Shown: positions 57,854 to 64,000 of the stretch, piece by piece
Layout: the number at the start of each line of letters is the position of its first letter
Numbering within the stretch: the stretch's first letter is position 1
Source of the DNA: an uncultured Acidobacteriota bacterium
GTDB lineage: Bacteria; Acidobacteriota; Terriglobia; Acidiferrales; UBA7541
Assembly: GCA_963752925.1 (NCBI GenBank)
Contig: CAVVZY010000011.1
Span: 123,184 to 187,183, forward strand
Length of the DNA stretch: 64,000 nucleotides
Direction of reading: 5' to 3'
Notes under the pieces: generated by a model
Databases searched by the model: none
Seen by the model: the letters and a program-made list of their open reading frames with translations, nothing else
What the model was told of the DNA's origin: nothing
Program-made: the position numbers and the translations under genes

Positions 57854-58456
57854 ATGGATAAAGTCATCGTCGCCGTGGGCAGCACGCGGAGGCCGAAATT
57901 GGACGCCGTGCGCGAGGCTCTGGCCGCGATTTCTCCACGTCTTTTCGCTGCCGCACCATTCGAAGTTGCCGGTGTGGACGTCCCAAGTGGTGTTCGCCAC
58001 ACGCCGCTCTCGCGCGAAGAAATCATGGCCGGCGCCCGTCAGCGCGCCGAGGGCCTGCTCCTCATCGCCCGCGAAGAAAATAAGCCCTGGAAGTATTTCG
58101 TTGGTCTAGAAGGTGGCATTGACATCGTCCACGAGCGCGGCGCTCGCTGGGTGTTTCTCGAGAATTGGGCGTACGTGACCGACGGAACCGGCAGAGCATC
58201 GTTTGGCCAATCGGGCGCGGTCCTGTTGCCGGAACCGCTGGTGAAGAGCGTGGTGGGCGAAGGTATTGAACTCTCGGAAGCTATTGACGCGTTCGCTGGC
58301 GGCCGCGGGATTCGCGATGCGCAGGGCGCGTGGGGCGTATTGACCGGCAATCTCATCACGCGGCAGGACTCCTACCGAATCGCAGTCATCAACGCTTTCG
58401 CTCCGTTCTTGAGCGACACGGTCCGCCTGAACCCGCCTCCAGCCAGCAGGGTCTAA
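57854..58456 (+). CDS. inosine/xanthosine triphosphatase (YjjX/DUF84 family)
   Basis: MDKVIVAVGSTRRPKLDAVREAL...GVDVPSGV...FVGLEGGI...AYVTDG.... Confidence 0.72.
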   Translation: MDKVIVAVGSTRRPKLDAVREALAAISPRLFAAAPFEVAGVDVPSGVRHTPLSREEIMAGARQRAEGLLLIAREENKPWKYFVGLEGGIDIVHERGARWVFLENWAYVTDGTGRASFGQSGAVLLPEPLVKSVVGEGIELSEAIDAFAGGRGIRDAQGAWGVLTGNLITRQDSYRIAVINAFAPFLSDTVRLNPPPASRV

Positions 58457-58599
58457 CCGCGTCGGCGTAGTGTCCTGATTTCGAAACGTGCTCGCATCAT
58501 TTGCGCCTCCTGGGAGTCGGAGCTTCAGAGTCTTTGTGACAACGTTTCTGCGGACGCCGTGACGATTCGACGGCGATCTTAAGCCGCGGAGCGGCGATT

Positions 58600-58675
58600 G
58601 TAATTAGCCCGGCACGAAGCGCAGCGCAGTGCCGGGAAGAGCGTGAAAGGAGCCCGAAGTCCCGGAGGGACGATT
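58600..58675. repeat. candidate copy of a short structured interspersed element
   Basis: Two hairpins: CCCGGCAC-N13-GTGCCGGG (58608-58636) and GTCCC-GGA-GGGAC (58659-58671). The reverse translation ...SLRDFGLLSRSSRH... resembles short repeats I recall being common in soil-bacterial genomes. Only one copy in this window. Confidence 0.3.
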
Positions 58676-58789
58676 GACGCGTGCGCTCAAATTAGTGCAC
58701 TACTTGCATTCGCCGCCCCGAGTATTAAGATACTCGGGTGACCCCTATTCCCGGCTGCGGGAAAACGCCGTAGAATAGGGCAGTCCATC

Positions 58790-59687
58790 ATGGGCGTTCC
58801 GTTCAGCATCGCTCTATTGGTTGCGCTCGCATTGGGAGCCGACGTCCCGGGTTTGGCTCCGTTTCGTTCCGCCCCTCCCACTCTTGGCAACGCCGGTTCC
58901 GTCGCGCTAGCCATGGCGCGCGCGGATGCATCGGGAGCGGCTCCCGCCGTCGAGTCATCTCAGTCCTCGAATCATTCGTCGAAGACTTTGCAGCCGCAAT
59001 CGCGGTTGCTGCTTGTGCGCTTCGTGGATGGCGAGTTCGCCAGGCTCGTACAGCCGCTGCCGGGCGGCAAGAAAGGTTTCAAAGTCCCGGCGGGAAAACC
59101 CCTCGATATGCAGCGATTGAGTGACGCGCTCAGGCTCTACGGAACCGCGGCCGGTCAGGGCGATACCGTGCAGATCACGAGTATCGAGTTCCGCCCCGAG
59201 CAGATTGTGCTGAGGATCAACGGTGGAGGGAAGAAGCCCTTCCACCTGCGCGATCACCTGCAGATCGGAATTGGCGGCATGTCTACGCCTCCTCCGCAGA
59301 CGCGGAACGCAATCGTATGCGCAGCAGGAAATTCCCGGCGCTACGCTCGTGCTTGACTACGGGCGCAGCGTCCCGGACATGAGCCCGGACGATTTGAAGC
59401 ACGATCTTTCCGTCCTGCTGGACTTCTCAAAGCAGCATTCCGCCACCGTGAACTGGATTGACACCCTCGCGCCGCAATTCCAGGAAGCAATCAAGGATCA
59501 GCGGGCCATTGTGGGCATGGATTCGGAAATGGTGCTCGCCGCGATGGGCCGCCCGGCTCACAAAGTTCGCGAGCGCGATCCCGCCGGCAACGACACCGAA
59601 GATTGGATCTACGGCACGCCCCCGTCGCGCACCACGTTTGTGACGTTTGAAGGCAACACCGTCATCCGCGTGAAAGAGTACAACTAA
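58790..59687 (+). pseudogene. secreted hypothetical protein, one frameshift
   Basis: Track ORFs 58790..59356 and 59223..59687 overlap in different frames. They join sensibly (…IGIGGMSTPPPQ… / …YAQQEIPGATLVLDYGRSVPDMSPDDL…) with a 1-nt shift around 59290-59320. Confidence 0.5.
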
Positions 59688-60442
59688 GAGGTTGGCCGGT
59701 GTGGGCCCTCGCCCTGGAATTTGTCTGGCTCTGTCAAATTCTTCGTGACCACCATGAAAACTCGCGGGAGACTGATCTGAGACCCTACGCTTGCGAGCCC
59801 CCAGCGGCCAAACTCGAAAGGTACAGGTAGCACTAATATTGAACGAACGTACAGTAGAAGTGCATTCGACAATCTGCCAGCGTGTTAACGACGAGCAAGT
59901 CTCGTTCGCTCCCTCGACGGGTGCCGAACGCTCTTTGACAACTGACGATCCGATCAGGATCGGCATCCCGAGCGACCAACGGGAGCCGAGGGATCTCTCT
60001 GCATCTGGAAAAGACAGCTCGCTTTGTGGCACAGACACTCATGTCTGTGCGCTTACGACCTTGCCAAGCCACCGATTACTGCGCCCGCGTACGGACCGGT
60101 TGGCCATGTAGTCTTTCGTGTTCCGTGACAAGTCTCCTCTCACGCTTCACCAAATTAAGTGTCACACCATGCCGAGTAATTTCCCCCGCATCTCGTTGAA
60201 AACAAACAAAACGAGACCTACAAAGCGTCACACTTTTTCGAGGGCTCCTCCGGAGCATTTGCCGCTGCCGAATCGACCCAAATGGCGCGTTTCGCAATCT
60301 GAAATCCGGCCCCGTCCTTCATGCGAATCGCCTCGCCGTTTTCTTGAACCGCGTTGACGAACTCTGGCGTCGCCAGTACCATGGGCACTTCTACTGGCTT
60401 CTCTCGCCGGCAGTGAGTTCTCGACAATTCTCTGGAGGAATC

Positions 60443-61447
60443 ATGGCTGTCAAAGTGGGAATCAACGGGTTTGGCCGCATCGGGCGCAATATCCTTCGCA
60501 CCACGCTTGGCGACCCGGCTATCGAGATCGTCGCGGTCAATGACATCACCGATTCGAAGACCCTCGCGCACCTGCTGAAATACGATTCGGTCCTCGGCAA
60601 TCTCCCGAACAGAGTCACCCACACCGACGACACGATCTCCGTCGACGGGAAAAGCTTCAAGGTTTTCAAGGTCAAGGATCCCGCGGAGCTCGATTGGGCC
60701 TCCGTCGGGGCGCAGATCGTCGTCGAATCCACGGGCCTATTCACCAAGGGCGCCGAGGCGCGCAAGCACATTCGCGGGCCGGTGAAGAAAGTCATCATCT
60801 CCGCGCCGGCCACCGATCCCGACGCCACCATCGTTCTCGGAGTGAACGAGAAGACCTACGATCCGGCGAAGCACCACGTGATCTCGAATGCTTCCTGCAC
60901 CACGAACTGTCTCGCTCCGGTCGCGAAGGTCTTGCAGGACACTTTTGGAATCGTGGTGGGCACCATGACCACCATTCATTCCTATACGAACGATCAGAAG
61001 CTGCTCGATTTACCGCATAAGGACCTGCGACGCGCTCGTGCCGCCGCATTGTCCATGATTCCGACCACGACCGGCGCCGCCAAAGCCCTGAGCCTCGTGA
61101 TCCCCGAACTCAAGGGCAAGCTCGATGGCTACGCCATGCGCGTGCCCACTCCGAACGTCAGCGTGGTGGACCTCACCGTCATCGTCGAAAAGCCCGCGAC
61201 CAAGGAGAGCGTAAACGCCGCTCTCAAGAGCGCCGCCGAAGGGCCGATGAAGGGCATCCTCGAATACACGACCGAAGAATTGGTCTCGGTCGATTTCCGG
61301 GCCAACCCGAATTCCTCGATCGTCGATTCCGGTTTCACGATGGTCGTCGGCGGCAATTGCGTGAAGGTGCTCGCCTGGTACGACAACGAATGGGGCTACT
61401 CGTGTCGCTGCCGCGACCTGATCAAATTCTTTGCCGCGCGGCTCTAG
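60443..61447 (+). CDS. gap: type I glyceraldehyde-3-phosphate dehydrogenase
   Basis: ATG after [43 protein letters not shown]. Confidence 0.92.
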   Translation: MAVKVGINGFGRIGRNILRTTLGDPAIEIVAVNDITDSKTLAHLLKYDSVLGNLPNRVTHTDDTISVDGKSFKVFKVKDPAELDWASVGAQIVVESTGLFTKGAEARKHIRGPVKKVIISAPATDPDATIVLGVNEKTYDPAKHHVISNASCTTNCLAPVAKVLQDTFGIVVGTMTTIHSYTNDQKLLDLPHKDLRRARAAALSMIPTTTGAAKALSLVIPELKGKLDGYAMRVPTPNVSVVDLTVIVEKPATKESVNAALKSAAEGPMKGILEYTTEELVSVDFRANPNSSIVDSGFTMVVGGNCVKVLAWYDNEWGYSCRCRDLIKFFAARL

Positions 61448-61477
61448 GTTCCGGTTGCGTCCCGTACTTCCACGATC

Positions 61478-62678
61478 ATGAGCAAACTTTCCATTCGCGA
61501 CCTTGAATTGAGCGGCAAGCGCGTTTTCATCCGCGTGGATTTCAACGTCCCGCTCGATGGCGGCCGCGTTTCCGACGACACGCGTATCCGCGAAACGCTG
61601 CCAACGCTGCGCCTGGCCATCGAACGCGGAGCGCGGCTCGTCCTTGCCTCGCATCTGGGCCGGCCAAAAGGAAAAGTTGATCCGAAATACAGTCTCGCGC
61701 CTGTAGTCGCGAAGCTCAGCGAAATGCTCGGCAAGCCGGTGGCGTTCGCTTCCGATTGCGTCGGCGCCGATGCGGAATCGAAAAGCAAGGCGCTTCGAAA
61801 TGGGGAAGTGCTGCTCCTCGAGAATGTCCGCTATCATGCCGAAGAAGAGGCGAACGATCGCGGAATTTTCGAAACAACTTGGCCGCGCTGTGCGATCAAC
61901 TCTTCGTGTGCGATGCCTTCGGCTCCGCGCATCGCGCTCACGCCTCGGTCGTCGGCATCACCAGGTTTGTGCGCCAGTCCGCGGCGGGCCTGCTGATGGA
62001 AAAGGAACTGGCGTATCTCGGCAAGGCGATTTCGAATCCCGAGCGGCCCTTCGTCGCCGTCCTGGGCGGCGCAAAAGTGTCCGACAAGATCGAGGTCGTT
62101 CAAAACTTGATGAAGCTTGCCGATGCGATGCTGATCGGCGGCGCGATGGCCTACACGTTTCTGAAATCGCAAGGGCTGCCGGTGGGGAAGTCGCTCGTCG
62201 AAAACGACAAGCTCGATCTCGCGCGCGGCCTGCTCGACGAGGCACGCACCCGCAAATTCCGCCTGCTCTTGCCGGTGGATCACGTGCTCGCGGAGTCGCC
62301 CGATTCCACCGCAACGAAAACACCGATATTGCCGATACGCCGGAAGACCTGATGGGCCTCGACGTCGGCCCGAAGACGATCGCGCAATTCAGTCAGGAAA
62401 TTTCGAAGGCGCGTACGATCGTCTGGAACGGCCCGCTCGGCATGTTTGAGAAGCCCGCGTTTGCCCAGGGGACTCTTGCGATGGCGCGCGCCGTCGCGGC
62501 CGCTACGGTTGCCGGTGCCACTTCCATCGTTGGCGGAGGTGACTCCGTCGCCGCCGTGGAGCAGTCCGGTGTAGCCAATCAAATTTCCCACATCTCCACG
62601 GGCGGCGGCGCTTCGCTCGAATTCCTCGCGGGTGAGAAGTTGCCTGGAGTCGAAGCACTCAGCGAAGGGCGCACGTAA
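61478..62678 (+). pseudogene. pgk: phosphoglycerate kinase, reading frame interrupted by three 1-nt indels (probably assembly artefacts)
   Basis: [26 protein letters not shown]...[13 protein letters not shown] in frame a. AEFSKQL in frame b (61856-61884). [22 protein letters not shown]...[12 protein letters not shown] in frame c. [22 protein letters not shown]...STGGGASLEFL after a shift at about 62300-62312. Confidence 0.85.
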
Positions 62679-63428
62679 TTGCGCCGCCCGGTGATCGCCG
62701 GTAATTGGAAGATGTACAAGACGCAGGCGGAGGCGCGCGCGTTCTTTGACGCATTCCGGCCGCTTGTCGCCGAATCAAAGCATTGCGATATTGTCGTCGC
62801 ACCGCCCTTTACCGCTTTGATTGTGGCCGCTGAGGCGGCGCGGGGAAGCGCCATCGCGATCGCCGCCCAGAATCTTCACGGCCGGCCGGAAGGCGCTTTT
62901 ACGGGAGAAGTCTCGGCGCGGATGCTGGTCGAGGCCGGCTGCACCGCAGTGATCATCGGTCACTCCGAACGCCGGCAGTATTTCAACGAAACCGACCAGA
63001 CCGTGCATCTCAAGACGAAGATTGCGCTCGAAGAAGGGCTTACGCCGATCGTTTGTGTGGGTGAGATTCTCAGCGAGCGCGAGAGCAATCTTACCGAGGC
63101 TGTGCTCCAGCGCCAATTCGAAGGCGGCCTGGGCGCGTTGACCCCTGCGGAGTTCTCGCGTATTCTGTTGGCGTACGAGCCGGTTTGGGCGATTGGCACG
63201 GGAAAAACTGCGACTCCGGAATTGGCCGCTCAGGTCCATCGGTTTTTGCGGGAGCTTGCCGCGGCGCGGTTTTCATTCGAAGAAGCCTCCGCACTCAGAA
63301 TTCTCTACGGCGGCAGCGTCAAGCCCGACAACATCAAGGGGTTGATGGCGCAGGCGGAGATTGACGGCGCGCTGGTGGGCGGAGCGAGCCTGGACCCGAA
63401 GTCGTTCGCATCGATCGTCAACTATTAG
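62679..63428 (+). CDS. tpiA: triose-phosphate isomerase
   Basis: TTG start immediately after the pgk stop. VIAGNWKMY, IIGHSERR, AYEPVWAIGTGKTA, YGGSV. Confidence 0.9.
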   Translation: MRRPVIAGNWKMYKTQAEARAFFDAFRPLVAESKHCDIVVAPPFTALIVAAEAARGSAIAIAAQNLHGRPEGAFTGEVSARMLVEAGCTAVIIGHSERRQYFNETDQTVHLKTKIALEEGLTPIVCVGEILSERESNLTEAVLQRQFEGGLGALTPAEFSRILLAYEPVWAIGTGKTATPELAAQVHRFLRELAAARFSFEEASALRILYGGSVKPDNIKGLMAQAEIDGALVGGASLDPKSFASIVNY

Positions 63429-63476
63429 GCGCGTCAAACGGGCGGAAATAGCCCCGGCGCGAAGTGGGAGTGGGAA

Positions 63477-63917
63477 ATGCCATCGTGGGCAAAATGGGCC
63501 GTTTCGATGCTGGTCGCCGTCGGCCTGATCTCGGTAGGCTGGCGCGTGTCGGCTGTGTTGGTGACGTTGCACGTAATGGTGTGCTTTGTTCTGATTATTG
63601 TCATCATGCTGCAAAGCGGCAATGCCGCGGATCTTGCCGGCGCCTTCGGCGGAGCGGGCAGCCAGACGGCGTTCGGCCCGCGCGGAGCCGCCACATTTCT
63701 TTCGCGCGCTACCACCTGGTGCGCCATCGTTTTCATGATGACGTCCCTCACGCTTTCCTTCAAGCGGGCCACGCCGCAGACCAGCACCGGCTCGATTCTG
63801 GAACAAACTTCGCAACCCGCTTCGGCTCCCACGAAGCCGGCCGCGGCTCCTCCCATTCAAGTTCCCGCTCAGCCTTCGCCGCAGGCACCTGCGCCGAACC
63901 CGGCTCCCAAGAACTAG
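63477..63917 (+). CDS. secG: preprotein translocase subunit SecG with Pro/Ala-rich tail
   Basis: LIIVIMLQSGNAADLAGAFGGAGSQTAFGPRGA is the SecG signature. Conserved gap-pgk-tpiA-secG order. Confidence 0.8.
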   Translation: MPSWAKWAVSMLVAVGLISVGWRVSAVLVTLHVMVCFVLIIVIMLQSGNAADLAGAFGGAGSQTAFGPRGAATFLSRATTWCAIVFMMTSLTLSFKRATPQTSTGSILEQTSQPASAPTKPAAAPPIQVPAQPSPQAPAPNPAPKN

Positions 63918-63954
63918 CGGCTTCTGTTACAATTTCGTCGTTCACCTCATCATT

Positions 63955-64000
63955 GCGGTCGTGGCGGAACTGGCAGACGCACCAGCTTGAGGGGCTGGCG
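63955..64000 (+). tRNA. tRNA-Leu (anticodon GAG), 3' part beyond the window
   Basis: GCGGTCG-TG-GCGGAACTGGCAGACGC-A-CCAGC-TTGAGGG-GCTGG. Long-arm tRNA-Leu-type D loop, anticodon GAG flanked by U33/G37. Confidence 0.8.

Noticed and set aside
59427-60038. 203-aa minus-strand ORF
   Set aside because: Half of it is antisense to the C-terminus of the 58790-59687 gene, and the remainder has non-protein-like composition. No RBS or motifs.
60218-60622. 134-aa minus-strand ORF overlapping the gap start
   Set aside because: It is mostly the antisense shadow of the gap N-terminus. The intergenic tail ([24 protein letters not shown]...) is too short and unsupported to call.

Overview
High-GC chromosomal window, on gene content probably from an Acidobacteriota-like soil bacterium (taxon is inference only). 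About 55 protein genes and 3 tRNAs (Lys-CTT, Gly-GCC, partial Leu-GAG). No rRNA, no CRISPR array and no intact mobile element. Housekeeping content: rsmA (partial), glgA, trxA, tag, gltBD, GAF-fused glgP, msrB, gap-pgk-tpiA-secG. Accessory content in order: (1) a decayed transposase, then tRNA-Lys, then an islet of three paralogous c-type cytochromes (4 CxxCH motifs) with two tiny ORFs. (2) A divergent catabolic neighbourhood at 11.5-21.3 kb. It holds CoA-transferase A/B, MFS, a TM-SRPBCC protein, a LigJ-like hydratase, a MetE-like protein, a LigB-type extradiol dioxygenase and two tandem RraA/LigK-like aldolases. Repeated operator-like motifs sit in the shared promoter region and no regulator gene is present. 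(3) A synthase-dependent exopolysaccharide operon at 21.3-28.4 kb: WecB, processive GT2, membrane-anchored bactofilin-like protein, deacetylase-like protein, beta-barrel OMP, polytopic membrane protein. It is read divergently from a PAS hybrid histidine kinase plus a REC-PilZ protein. (4) A PilZ-TonB_C fusion protein. (5) A ~950-aa Ig-repeat lipoprotein. (6) A GldA/F/G-like ABC system with DUF4340. (7) A deoxyribosyltransferase-like gene paired with a YjjX-type NTPase. Caveat: at least nine +/-1 indels interrupt reading frames in three clusters (five in the EPS operon, one in a secreted hypothetical, three in pgk). Because pgk is affected, assembly error is as likely as true pseudogenisation. 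All calls rest on reading the supplied translations and DNA by eye; no searches were run.
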